DNA from: an uncultured Methanosarcinaceae archaeon
GTDB taxonomy: Archaea > Halobacteriota > Methanosarcinia > Methanosarcinales > Methanosarcinaceae
Length of the DNA: 64,000 nucleotides
Reading direction: 5' to 3'
NCBI GenBank assembly: GCA_963721455.1
Contig: CAVRJG010000019.1
Span: 1-64,000, forward strand
The notes under the pieces were generated by a model that had not been told where the DNA came from, did no database searches, and worked only from the letters and a program-made list of their open reading frames with translations. Positions 32,382 through 42,801 of this stretch are shown in pieces. Position 1 is the stretch's first letter. Every line of letters starts with the position of its first letter. The translations under genes were made by a program, and so were the position numbers.

Positions 32382-33428
32382 ATGGATCTGAAAGCTTTGA
32401 AAGCGCAGGAAAGCAAAAGAAAAATCAGTAAAGGGTACATGTGGGCCCTTTTTTGTGCTGTATTCTGGGGCATCTGGTACCTGCCGGGCACTGTTGTGTG
32501 GGTACTCAACCCGTTTGATGAAATGTATGGGGTTATTGCCGGGACCAGTGGAGATGCAGTGTCCCTGGTTGTAACAGCGGCCTTGATTACAGCATTTAAT
32601 GCACTTACAGTTATGCTGGCTCTCATGATCTGGAATGGGGTGCTTGGAAAATTCGGAGAACTGGGCCGGACACTTAAGGAATTTCACCCTTGTTCCAAGT
32701 GGTTCTTCCTGGCCTCGATCTTCGGGGGACCAATAGCAATTCTCGGCTCCTTTATGGCCATGGGCTTCATCGGAGGGGCGTTCGCAGCCGTTGCTGCTCT
32801 TCTCTATCCTGTGATCGGCTCGATGCTTGCTTATTACTGGTATGGGGAAAAGATCAGCAAGAGGGCAGCAATCGGAATTATAATTATTATTCTCGGTGGA
32901 ATCACAATCTTTGGCGGCGGGGTTATAACTGAGCTTGCTGCAGGGAACGTCCCCTGGATCGGATACCTGGGCGGGTTGATGGCTGCTGCAGGTTGGGGGA
33001 TTGAAGGCGCAATTGCAGGCAAAGGGCTTGACATTTCCGAGCCTGATGTGGGGCTTACCCTCAGGTTCCTTGGAGAAAACATCATCTGGTGGATCATTAT
33101 CGTGCCGATTCTGGCACTGGTTGGCTACCCGATGTACTCCTTTGCGTTCCAGGCCTTTGAACCTCTGACACTGCTGGTCCTGATCTTCGCAGGAGTTACC
33201 TTTGGTTTCTGTTATGTCTGCTGGTACAAGTCTTTCCCGCTCATTGGGGTTGGAAGAGGCCAGGGTATCGGAAACCTCTATGGATTGTGTGCAATTATCT
33301 TCATTTTCCTCTTCTTCGGAGATGTCCCGAAATGGACTATCCTTGTCGGAGGCACTCTCTGTGTTATTGGCAGTTTCGTCATGTTTACGGAAGAAACAAG
33401 TGCACTTGAAACTCTGAGAGGTGAATGA
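32382..33428 (+). CDS. mttP: DMT-family trimethylamine permease
   Basis: About 10 TM helices; ATG after GGAGG; follows mttC. Confidence 0.88.
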   Translation: MDLKALKAQESKRKISKGYMWALFCAVFWGIWYLPGTVVWVLNPFDEMYGVIAGTSGDAVSLVVTAALITAFNALTVMLALMIWNGVLGKFGELGRTLKEFHPCSKWFFLASIFGGPIAILGSFMAMGFIGGAFAAVAALLYPVIGSMLAYYWYGEKISKRAAIGIIIIILGGITIFGGGVITELAAGNVPWIGYLGGLMAAAGWGIEGAIAGKGLDISEPDVGLTLRFLGENIIWWIIIVPILALVGYPMYSFAFQAFEPLTLLVLIFAGVTFGFCYVCWYKSFPLIGVGRGQGIGNLYGLCAIIFIFLFFGDVPKWTILVGGTLCVIGSFVMFTEETSALETLRGE

Positions 33429-33726
33429 AGTGGGTGGAAACCGCCCCATAAAGTTCAGGATCCTGGAACTGTTCCTGGATGAAAAAGAACACTGGAACTA
33501 CGAAATAGTTTCAAAAATCCAGGAAGAGTACAATATGCAGGGAAATTATGGCAGGGACAGCATCAATTTTGACATCATCGAACTGGCGTCAGGAGGGATG
33601 CTGAAGGACGTGGAACAGAAAGTTGACGAGGAGGGGATCTACAAAAAAGGGTTTCTTCTGCACAAGTACGTAATCACCGCCTTCGGAAAGGTCCGGGGCT
33701 CGGATGCCTGTGTCAGGTATGTCTAA
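33421..33726 (+). CDS. Small winged-helix-like protein of the mtt operon
   Basis: Overlaps the mttP stop; KFRILELF..WNYEIV..KYVITAFG pattern. Confidence 0.7.
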   Translation: MNEVGGNRPIKFRILELFLDEKEHWNYEIVSKIQEEYNMQGNYGRDSINFDIIELASGGMLKDVEQKVDEEGIYKKGFLLHKYVITAFGKVRGSDACVRYV

Positions 33727-33745
33727 AAGGAAAGGAGGGAATAAT

Positions 33746-33895
33746 ATGGTACAAACGGCAGCCGCTATGGAAGCTTACAATGCATACTGGGAAAATTCCT
33801 TTATCCCGAGAGCAGACATCATGTGGATGGTGCTGATCCTTATCCTGGCAGTCATTGCCCTCTGGCAGGCAAGGACCTTTGTCTCGAAGTTCTGA
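33746..33895 (+). CDS. 49-aa single-TM membrane protein
   Basis: Strong AGGAGG RBS; WMVLILILAVIALW helix. Confidence 0.7.
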   Translation: MVQTAAAMEAYNAYWENSFIPRADIMWMVLILILAVIALWQARTFVSKF

Positions 33896-34074
33896 GCTTT
33901 CGAAAAGGAAAAACGCCTGTCTGCCTTTCAGGCATGATAAAACACCGGTAAGACCTGCAATACAAGAAAAGATGACGTTCCTTCTGCGGATAGGAGCTTA
34001 TGTCCCATCAGAGGTGAACACTTTCAAAGGTAAAAGGTCTGAAGTCATGTGGCTCCGAAAGCTCGCAGGCAACC

Positions 34075-34758
34075 TTAAAGGAGATACCAGTCCGTGTCAT
34101 CGACCGATAGGTCTTCTTTGAGACCGACTTTTCTCCTGGGAAGTTTAAGAGCATCGGTAATCGCATCGGAAAAATCCTGCAGGTACTCTTTAGAGGAGAG
34201 GCTGTTATAGATGAAAGGCTTATTGGGCTGGAGCATACTCTGAATTGTAGACTCTCCTGGGACTATGTCCACTTTTATGTCAACCATTTCCACGGCTTTT
34301 TCCATCGCAGTCCGGAAATCTCCAATACAGTAAGCTATCCTGTGTTTGTAATTATCCCTGGTCTTTTCAAGATAAGCGGCAAGCCTTTCGCTTTCCATTT
34401 TTATGAAATCTCTCTTGATCTTTGCCACATTACATTTGCCCATCATGAAACTGTAGTGCATGAAAGGATATTGGGTATCAAGTTCTCTGGGAGTAATCCC
34501 GCAGGTTCCGAAGGTTACTATATGCACATCCTCAGGTTTTGCAATCCCGAAGATCACACGGTCGAATTTTTTATGAGAGGGGCTTTCATGATAGGGTTTT
34601 CTTTTGGCACAGGGAACGAAAATACAGAGATCCCTAAAGGGGGCTTCATACTCGCTCAGGATCCATTCATTGGCCCTTATCATATCAGGATGATAGATTA
34701 TCTTATCAGTATCAAGGGGTTCTTGAGAACGTTCATCTTCAGGAATAATGGGTATCAT
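34075..34758 (-). CDS. Stand-alone ArcS-like (DUF5591) domain protein
   Basis: VPCAKRKPYHESPSH and GITPREL..YPF..Y motifs of the archaeosine synthase catalytic domain; start at MIPIIPED. Confidence 0.75.
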   Translation of the reverse strand: MIPIIPEDERSQEPLDTDKIIYHPDMIRANEWILSEYEAPFRDLCIFVPCAKRKPYHESPSHKKFDRVIFGIAKPEDVHIVTFGTCGITPRELDTQYPFMHYSFMMGKCNVAKIKRDFIKMESERLAAYLEKTRDNYKHRIAYCIGDFRTAMEKAVEMVDIKVDIVPGESTIQSMLQPNKPFIYNSLSSKEYLQDFSDAITDALKLPRRKVGLKEDLSVDDTDWYLL

Positions 34759-34902
34759 AAACGTCAAAGCTAATTGAGTCGGGAGATTATATATATAATT
34801 AACTAACTTCAGCCAGCCGCAGGATTTATGAGCTTGAAAAAAGATCCTCAAAACCCGAATAAAACACAAACAAAATAAGGCAAACCATACCATAGTAGTC
34901 TT

Positions 34903-35316
34903 ATGGCAAATTCTATTCACGAGATGATCAGAGCAAGCTTCAGATGCGAAGACGTGATAAAATGCGTGCTCGGTTTGAAGTCTCTTGATGTTGAAGCATA
35001 CAAAGCCCTGCTCATGCATGGCTCCCTGACGGCCGAAAAGCTGGGGGAAATTCTTAACAGAGAAAGAAGTACTGCATACCGTTCTCTACAGAACCTCATA
35101 GCTTGCGGAATTGTTTACAGAGAAACGCAATCCATCGAAGGCGGAGGATACTACTATGAATATGTAGCCATCAAACCGCAGGAAATGAAGCAGCTGGTAA
35201 AGAAAAATGTTGACGAATGGTACAATCAGATGAACGAGCTAATTGAAAATATGGATGATAAAGTAAGTGCCCCCGTCCTGAGAATGGACGATGAGGAAAA
35301 CCAAATGCAAAAATAA
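34903..35316 (+). CDS. TrmB-like HTH transcriptional regulator
   Basis: LNRERSTAYRSLQNL..GGYYYEY. Confidence 0.85.
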   Translation: MANSIHEMIRASFRCEDVIKCVLGLKSLDVEAYKALLMHGSLTAEKLGEILNRERSTAYRSLQNLIACGIVYRETQSIEGGGYYYEYVAIKPQEMKQLVKKNVDEWYNQMNELIENMDDKVSAPVLRMDDEENQMQK

Positions 35317-35363
35317 ATTTTAATGAAAATTTTGAAAGGAGACCGGAAAAGATTCGGCTGAAT

Positions 35364-36545
35364 TCACTGTTTTAATCCGTCTACAAAGTCTCCCATTCTC
35401 TCTACTGCTTTTCTAATATCATCTATGGATGCTGCATAGGCGCAGCGCAGGAAACCTTCACCTGCATCTCCAAAGACGTCTCCGGGAATTGTAACAACTT
35501 TCTTTTCGTCCAGAAGGCGTTCTGCAAACTCGGAGGAAGAGAGACCTGTATTCCCTATGTGGGGGAAGGCGTAAAATGCCCCTTTAGGGTTGCAGCACTC
35601 AAGCCCTATTCTGTTAAAGCCCCTGACAATAAGGTGCCTTCGCCGGTCATATTCCCGGACCATCCGTTCCATTTCCTCTTTACCGTTGCGGAGTGCCTCA
35701 ATTGCTCCAATTTGAGCGGTTATGGGAGCGCAAAGCATGGAGTACTGGTGAATCATCATCATCGAATGTATAATCTCAGGCGCACCCATTGCAAAACCGA
35801 GCCTGAGCCCTGTCATTGCATAAGCCTTGGAAAATCCGTTCAGCATGACAGTCCGCTCTTTCATACCGTCGAGGGAAGAGAACGGGACATGCTTGCCTCC
35901 ATAGGTCAGGCACTCGTAAACTTCGTCTGAGATGACAAACAGATTATTCTCCACGACAAGGTCGGCAATACTCTCAAGCCCTTCCTGTGTCATGATCGCT
36001 CCTGTAGGGTTGTTAGGGAAGTTGAGAATTATTGCCTTTGTCTTATTCGTAATTGCAGGTTTGAGGGCTTCTGCAGTCAGGCTAAAATCGTCTTCCATGT
36101 GGGTGGAAACGATAACAGGTTTACCTCCTGCAAGAACGACAGAAGGCACATATGCCACATAAGAGGGCTGGACTACAATAACCTCGTCGCCAGGGTTGAC
36201 AACTGCCCTGATTGCTATATCCAGAGCTTCACTCACGCCTGTTGTGACCAGTATCTCGGACGAAGGGTCATAGTCCAGACCATAACGCCTGTAATAAGTC
36301 CTGGTAAGTTCGTCTCTGAGTTCCGGAAGTCCGTAATTTGAGGTGTATGAAGTTTGCCCTTTTTCAAGAGAATGGATGCACATTTCACGGATGTGCCAGG
36401 GAGTAATGAAATCAGGCTCACCTACACCAAGAGAGATTATATCCTCAAGTCCGGAAACCAGATCAAAAAAACGGCGTATTCCTGAAGGTGGAATGTTTTT
36501 CACAGATTCCGCAACAAATTTAGAAGGATCGCATGGAGGTCTCAA
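35364..36545 (-). CDS. PLP-dependent class I/II aminotransferase
   Basis: LGVGEPDF, PNNPTG, SDEVY, GFSKAYAMTGLRLG. Confidence 0.93.
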   Translation of the reverse strand: MRPPCDPSKFVAESVKNIPPSGIRRFFDLVSGLEDIISLGVGEPDFITPWHIREMCIHSLEKGQTSYTSNYGLPELRDELTRTYYRRYGLDYDPSSEILVTTGVSEALDIAIRAVVNPGDEVIVVQPSYVAYVPSVVLAGGKPVIVSTHMEDDFSLTAEALKPAITNKTKAIILNFPNNPTGAIMTQEGLESIADLVVENNLFVISDEVYECLTYGGKHVPFSSLDGMKERTVMLNGFSKAYAMTGLRLGFAMGAPEIIHSMMMIHQYSMLCAPITAQIGAIEALRNGKEEMERMVREYDRRRHLIVRGFNRIGLECCNPKGAFYAFPHIGNTGLSSSEFAERLLDEKKVVTIPGDVFGDAGEGFLRCAYAASIDDIRKAVERMGDFVDGLKQ

Positions 36546-36627
36546 GCAAAACGCCCCTGGGAAAAACTGTATGAGTATTATAAAACGTAAAATTGGATAG
36601 GGGAATCAGGCTTTAAGCCAGTTCGTA

Positions 36628-37134
36628 TTAAAACGATACTGGTAGCCTTTTAATCGCCTCGGGTTCATGGAGGATAACCCCATCTTCTTTATAGGTTTTC
36701 AGTACGAAATGGGTTGACGTACTCTGTACCTGATCAAGGGTTGCAATTTTCTCTGCTACGAAAAAGGCTACATCCTTCATCGACTTTCCCCGGACGGTAA
36801 GGGAGATGTCATAGTTCCCGGATAAGAGCCTGACTGACCTGACTTCCGGGAATTTGTAGATTCTTTCTGCAATTGCCTGATAGCCCTGATTGCGCTCCAG
36901 AGTAACCTTCAGCTCAATCACGGCATAAACATAGTTTTCCCCAACCAGGTCCCAATCGACTATGGTTTTGTAGTGCCGAATAACCCCGGTCTCTTCAAGT
37001 TTTGCGATCGTCTGGGAAATCTCCTGTGCAGACATATCTGTAAGGGATGCAATTTCTTCCGGACTTGCCCGGGCGTCATTTTCAAGAATTTCCAGTATAT
37101 GTCGAATCTGTTCGTCCATGGTGGTCACCGGCAC
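36628..37134 (-). CDS. Lrp/AsnC-family regulator
   Basis: ILENDAR HTH, LEETGVIR, LLSGNYD, THFVLK. Confidence 0.92.
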   Translation of the reverse strand: MPVTTMDEQIRHILEILENDARASPEEIASLTDMSAQEISQTIAKLEETGVIRHYKTIVDWDLVGENYVYAVIELKVTLERNQGYQAIAERIYKFPEVRSVRLLSGNYDISLTVRGKSMKDVAFFVAEKIATLDQVQSTSTHFVLKTYKEDGVILHEPEAIKRLPVSF

Positions 37135-37193
37135 AAAGGTGAGGAAAAATTTGGCAAAGAATCCCCGTCTTAGGGATTAAAGTCTTATTCAAA

Positions 37194-37580
<387 letters not shown>

Positions 37581-38078
37581 TCATACGTCTATTGAAATTA
37601 TAATCAACGTTTATCTTTAATGATTATGCTGTACTTTCCGATTGTAAATATACCTGTAATCCTGATGATCCTGATCTGGTGATCTTGTCAGGGCAAAAGC
37701 GCACTTATCAGCAGCTTAATTGCCCTGATTATATATTAATTATAGTAACAGGAGTACTTTAATTAGCATATTTGCTATGGACTAATCAATACAAATAGAG
37801 TCGTATAAGAACTTTGCGATCAGGAAGCCAGAGAAAAACTCAATTTTGTACCCAGCCCGCATACATATACCTGTGTCTGCGGAAAAAGCATTACAATGTC
37901 GCAAATACAGATATGAAAAAGAGTCCACAAACGCAGGTGACGGAGAAAAGTATATGCTTAAAAATTATATAAAATGGTGTAAATAGATCAATTTTCAGGT
38001 TTAAAGCTAGATAGTAATTTTTAATTTAATCTTTTTGGCCCCGAAACATGAGATATAGCACATCAGGAGAGAGAAATA

Positions 38079-38405
38079 ATGGTCACGGAAATTTCATTGA
38101 ACACCCTATGCGGACATATCACAACGATCATTGCCACAAAAGAAGGGAAGAACACGCATGTGCATATTAAGACTACATGCGAGAAACTCAGAAAGTGGGG
38201 CACACATTTTGATATGGAAATGAAAGACCTTATGGGGGGGCCCGAAACCGTACTTGGCCAGAAGATGGTTGAAGCACCCCTTACACCCACCTGCCTCGTC
38301 CCGGCAGCAGTAATGAACGCTTGCTGGCTTGAAAACGGCATGATTTCGAAGAATCTTGCTCGAGGAATGGGAAAGATGGAAATCATTTTTGACAAACTGG
38401 AGTGA
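38079..38405 (+). CDS. Small Cys-containing conserved protein
   Basis: LCGH..TTC..TCLVPAAV..LENGM pattern; AGGAG RBS. Confidence 0.7.
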   Translation: MVTEISLNTLCGHITTIIATKEGKNTHVHIKTTCEKLRKWGTHFDMEMKDLMGGPETVLGQKMVEAPLTPTCLVPAAVMNACWLENGMISKNLARGMGKMEIIFDKLE

Positions 38406-38634
38406 ACTCCCCCACAACCCCCTCATTTCCTTTTGGAAGATTAATTGTACTGAAGAAAAAGGACAGATGGAGCAGTACTGTGAAAAATCCCCTGTATATA
38501 TATAAACTCGGAAATGTTTATATTAAATCTGGTTGTGTATAATCTACCCAAAACTGAACAAAACTGATTTAAAAATATTAAAATGACATTGCTATTTCAG
38601 GGTCAATAAAATTTTCAAAACCGGAGTTGAAAAT

Positions 38635-39324
38635 ATGGATGTAAAAGAAATAAACATATACGGACAGGAACTTGTAGAATGCCTGAAACTCAAGACATCT
38701 CCTGTTGCAGTAAAATTGATTCCGAAAGGAGGAGAAGTCCCGAAGGGAATAGAAAAAGTAGACGAGGCTATGAGGCACTGCCAGCTGGTTGACAGAGTGA
38801 GAAGAACTGGCGAGGAATTCTATACCCTGGGCGAAGACCAGATGTGTAAAGGTGGAGCTGGTGCAATGGGCCTTGGTGAAATGCCTGCGAAAGTAGCCAG
38901 CGGGGAATTCTATTATAAAGGACTCAAACAGTTCAGCACGCAGGGTGCCGCACGGCGTACCATTGATATGGTTCCTAAGCTTCCCCCGAACTCAACAGAA
39001 GCTGTCCTGTACGCCCCTCTGGAAAAAACCTCATTTACTCCGGATGTCGTTGTGGTTATCTGCAACCCCAGGCAAATTATGCTGCTTACACAGGCTTTCA
39101 TGTACAAGACCGGAGGCAGGCTTGAAGCCAGTTTCGCAGGAAAGCAGAGCTTATGCTCTGACGGTGTTGTAAAGGCATATAAGGAAGGAAAAATCGGAGT
39201 TACAGTCGGTTGCAGCGGCAGCAGGAATTACACCAAGATTGCAGATGAAGAAATGATAATGGGAATTCCTATTGAACTTCTGGCTGATGTAGCCGCCGGC
39301 CTTAAGGAAATCTGCCCGAAATAA
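38635..39324 (+). CDS. DUF169-family protein
   Basis: SPVAVKL, RHCQ, CKGGA, QSLCSD, GCSGSR. Confidence 0.85.
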   Translation: MDVKEINIYGQELVECLKLKTSPVAVKLIPKGGEVPKGIEKVDEAMRHCQLVDRVRRTGEEFYTLGEDQMCKGGAGAMGLGEMPAKVASGEFYYKGLKQFSTQGAARRTIDMVPKLPPNSTEAVLYAPLEKTSFTPDVVVVICNPRQIMLLTQAFMYKTGGRLEASFAGKQSLCSDGVVKAYKEGKIGVTVGCSGSRNYTKIADEEMIMGIPIELLADVAAGLKEICPK

Positions 39325-39369
39325 ACATAAAATCTGCATTTTTACTTCACAAGTAAAATCCTTCATGTT

Positions 39370-39419
39370 TAAGCCCTTTTACAAGGTTTCCAAAATAAGG
39401 AACCCAATGAAAGGGCTTA
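39370..39419 (+). terminator. Hairpin downstream of the DUF169 gene
   Basis: TAAGCCCTTT..AAAGGGCTTA stem. Confidence 0.45.
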
Positions 39420-39529
39420 TCAAATGCAAATTCACACACTTGAGCATTCAAGATTCGATTTGGAAAAATTCCAGCCTGCGCATTTAAATAACCATTTTTA
39501 TAAAAATGCCCCTTGCTAAATAGACATAT

Positions 39530-39660
39530 AACTTTAACACTAACTTTAACTTTAATAAAACTTTAACTTTAACTTTAACTTTAACTTTAACTTTAACTTC
39601 AACTTTAACTTTAACTTTAACTTTAACTTTAACTTTAACTTTAACTTTAACTTTAACTTT
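39530..39660. repeat. Hexanucleotide microsatellite (AACTTT)n, about 20 units
   Basis: Read directly from the sequence. Confidence 0.97.
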
Positions 39661-39857
39661 TTTTAATGGATTCCGATCACCACATCCAGGTTAGATTATC
39701 CTGTTCTTACATCACTATGCGAATCAAATAAGTTTTGAAAGTAAATCTTAGACTTGATTCACTCAAGACTCTATAAAGAAGAGCACGGAAAAAAGCTGTG
39801 CCTTTGTTTCACATATGCGATGTTCTCCGTGGTTCGTAGCATCTGTATTACAAGTTA

Positions 39858-39930
39858 GTCTGCTTGAGCGAGCGAAGCGAGTGAAACAGACCCCGTGCTC
39901 CCGAAGCGGAACTCGGGCTGGAAAGGCCAG
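39858..39930. repeat. GC-rich multi-hairpin intergenic element
   Basis: Stems GTCTG/CAGAC, CCCGA/TCGGG and CTGG/CCAG around GAGCGAGCGAAGCGAG. Confidence 0.5.
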
Positions 39931-39974
39931 TGGATTACAATGGATTATATAGTAAAAGAGAAAAGAGAAGAAAA

Positions 39975-40475
39975 ATGACCTGTTACATAACAGACTCAGC
40001 GGTTTTTATAATGGGAAACTGTAACCTGGACAGTTCCCTGATGATTACCGTCCCTTCGGTTGCGGATGAGTTGAAAAGCAGGGACGCTGTGCTTCGTTTT
40101 GACCTTGCAAAAGAAGGAGGGTTACGTGTGGAATGGCCAGAACCTGAAATGGTAAAAGAGGTTCGGAAAATGGCTGAGTATACCCGGGACTCGGAAGAGC
40201 TCTCAAAGACGGACCTGGAAATCCTTGCAAAAGCTCTTGAGCACAGGGACAGGTGCATACTGCTTACGGATGATTATGCAGTCCAGAATGTTGCCGTGCA
40301 GCTTGGGATTCAGGTTAAGCCCATTGCCCAGAAAAAAATTAAAGATATCATTATCTGGCAAAAGCAATGTACGGGCTGCAGAAAAACTTTTGACAAAGGA
40401 GATGTCTGCCCTATCTGCGGCTCGCCCCTTAAGAAAAAGAGAAAAAAAAGTAGAAAAGAAAAGAGTCACCCTTAA
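39975..40475 (+). CDS. nob1: NOB1-family endonuclease (PIN + Zn ribbon)
   Basis: DSAVFI, LSKTD, LLTDDYAVQNVA, CTGC..CPICGS. Confidence 0.9.
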   Translation: MTCYITDSAVFIMGNCNLDSSLMITVPSVADELKSRDAVLRFDLAKEGGLRVEWPEPEMVKEVRKMAEYTRDSEELSKTDLEILAKALEHRDRCILLTDDYAVQNVAVQLGIQVKPIAQKKIKDIIIWQKQCTGCRKTFDKGDVCPICGSPLKKKRKKSRKEKSHP

Positions 40476-40641
40476 GCTGAAGAAAAAGATATAACGCTTG
40501 ATAATGTAATAGTGTCTTTAATTGAAAGGATATACATTTGAATATAGTTTTTCAGGCAGTATTCCAGGCAGTATTCGTAAATAAGCTGTAAAATGTGCCG
40601 GAAAATACAGCCCGATAAAAATTACAGGTGGGAATGGAGGC

Positions 40642-41256
40642 ATGAAGAATATAGAAGATTTGATCCAGAAAGCTGTGGAACTGCAGAGCAACGGGCTTGT
40701 AACCGGCCAGATTGCCGATGAACTCAATGTTTCAAGGGAAACGGTTACCTGGCTTTTAACCCGTTCAAAAAAAGGAGTATCAGCCCCCGCTCCAAAAGAT
40801 ATTTCTGTAAACTGGAGCAGTATAGGGAAAAGTGCTACGCGGCTCCACTATATCTCGCTTGCACTCTGCGACATGGTGCTTGAGACCCTGGAAAAAACAA
40901 ATACTGAGGTGGACGTGGTCGTTGGCGTTGCCGCAAGTGGTATTCCCCTGGCAAGCATGATGGCAAATGAAATGGGAGCGGATTTTGCCCTTTACCATTC
41001 CCGTAAAGGACAGGATGTAGTCCAGCCGGGCCATAAAGGGACTATAAGCAGAAATTTCGGAACCGTTGCCGGCAAAAACTGTGTGATTGTGGACGACGTT
41101 ATTACCACCGGCTCCACCACCATGGAAGTTATTGAGCAGCTTCGGGAAATGGATGCAAAGCCGATAGTTGTAGTAGTTCTCGTGGACAAAAAAGGTGCAG
41201 ATGCAATCGCTAATGTCCCGATCCAGTCTCTTGTGAGGATTGTGCGCGTGGACTGA
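40642..41256 (+). CDS. HTH + phosphoribosyltransferase (PyrE-like/GfcR-type) protein
   Basis: [16 protein letters not shown]; [12 protein letters not shown]. Confidence 0.88.
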   Translation: MKNIEDLIQKAVELQSNGLVTGQIADELNVSRETVTWLLTRSKKGVSAPAPKDISVNWSSIGKSATRLHYISLALCDMVLETLEKTNTEVDVVVGVAASGIPLASMMANEMGADFALYHSRKGQDVVQPGHKGTISRNFGTVAGKNCVIVDDVITTGSTTMEVIEQLREMDAKPIVVVVLVDKKGADAIANVPIQSLVRIVRVD

Positions 41257-41432
41257 AAATAAATAAAGGCAAAAAGTAAGAGTAATTCATTTAAATAGAA
41301 AGTTTTTCCACGGGAAAGGTGATGGAAAGGCAAGTCTTTTTAAGGCTTCATTTCCTTTTCTTTTTATGACAAATGAGTTAAATTATTGGGTAGAGTATTT
41401 TGAAAAGTCTGATATGCTACCAGAGAATAAAA

Positions 41433-42299
41433 GGTTCCGTTGCAAAAAATTCAAAATAAGCATATAAATCTATGAATAATGAATTAAAAGCAAAAGATCC
41501 AAGGGAAAGATCCAAGGGAAATGTACAAAAATTACAAAACTATACCAAATAATTGATTAATATATTTGACTTCATTAAGAACAGAGTAATTTAAATTATT
41601 GACTTGTCTTTTTTAACCATATTCATAGCTTCAATTCCTTTTAAAGTCTTACTAGCAGAGCGAAAAGACTGAAAACCTGGCATTGGAACAATTATTCTCT
41701 TTATAGACCTGTGATCTTGTTCAACAACGTTATTCAAATATTTGACTTATCTAATTTCAACATTTTTAGACAACTTCTTTCATTTTTCAGTTCATTTATG
41801 GCTATCGGATAAGCTGCATTTTTATCAACGGTTAGTACTCTCGGCATTTGATTATGATTAGAACTCAAAGCTTTCTTAAAGAATCTCTTTGCTGCTTTTC
41901 TATCTCGTTTTGAACTTAACATGAAATCAATTGTGTCTCCATCTGAGTCAACTGCTCGGTAAAGATATTTCCATTTACCTTTTACTTTGATATAGGTTTC
42001 ATCAACTCTCCACGAATCATTTGTTGGTCTTAAATGTCTTCTTATCTTCTTTTCTATCTCAGGTGAATATTGATGTACCCATCTCATGATTGTTGTATGG
42101 TCGACTTTTATTTCTCTTTCTGCCATCATTTCCTTTAAATTTCTATAGCTCAATGGATATTTTAAGTACCATCTTACTGTTTGCAGAATGATTTCTCCTA
42201 CAAAGTGTTTCCATTTAAAGGCATTTACTGGCTTATTATATACTCTTAAATTCCTATTTATTTCATAGTATCGATCTCATATTTTTTTGCAACGGAACC
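41433..42299 (-). mobile_element. IS6-family element with inactivated transposase
   Basis: 17-bp IRs GGTTCCGTTGCAAAAAA; FKWKHF, WRVDETYIKVKG, YLNNVVEQDHR; frameshift near 41780 plus an in-frame TAA. Confidence 0.92.
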
Positions 42300-42630
42300 A
42301 AAAATCCTCTATGCGTTGAGTGCCCCCACTTGTATTCTTTGTCTTCCAGGCTTTTATTGGTAATCCTTTTTGCATGCCAGTTAAGGTTGAGATTTATGTC
42401 GGTACTGTCAATAATAATGCCTCTTGATCCACTTTTTACTTTAGGGCATAATTCGTTCAATAATTCAAAAACAATATCAGTAAACTGTTCTGATTAATAC
42501 TTACTAAGAAGACCGTAAATCTCATTTTCAGTTAGTACTGAACTGACTTTTAAGAAATTTCTCAGGCTTTCCCTTTCTTCCAATTTCCTGATAGCATAGG
42601 AAATTTCACAGGAAAAAACATACTCAGAAG
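42300..42630 (-). pseudogene. IS5/IS4-superfamily DDE transposase fragment truncated by the IS6
   Basis: IIIDSTDINLNLNW..YKWGHSTHRGF cut exactly at the IS6 IR; internal stops. Confidence 0.7.
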
Positions 42631-42801
42631 GATAGTTTTTATAGCTGGCACTGATTTCTGAAGGGGCAGAATGCCCTTCCTTGTGAGAATTTGTCAAGAT
42701 CTCAATCAAAAAAGCTTAATATTTAGGATACAATTCCCATTTTTATACTTTTATGAGAATTTATCAATCTTAATACTCATCTATTAACATGGAGTTTTAA
42801 A

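Noticed and set aside
32361-33449. 362-aa antisense ORF
   Set aside because: Shadow of mttP; no recognisable motifs
37660-37730. C/D box sRNA or SRP RNA upstream of rps8e
   Set aside because: TGATGA/CTGA and a TCAGGGCAA/TTGCCCTGA stem are present, but the box spacing is not convincing and no SRP features are visible
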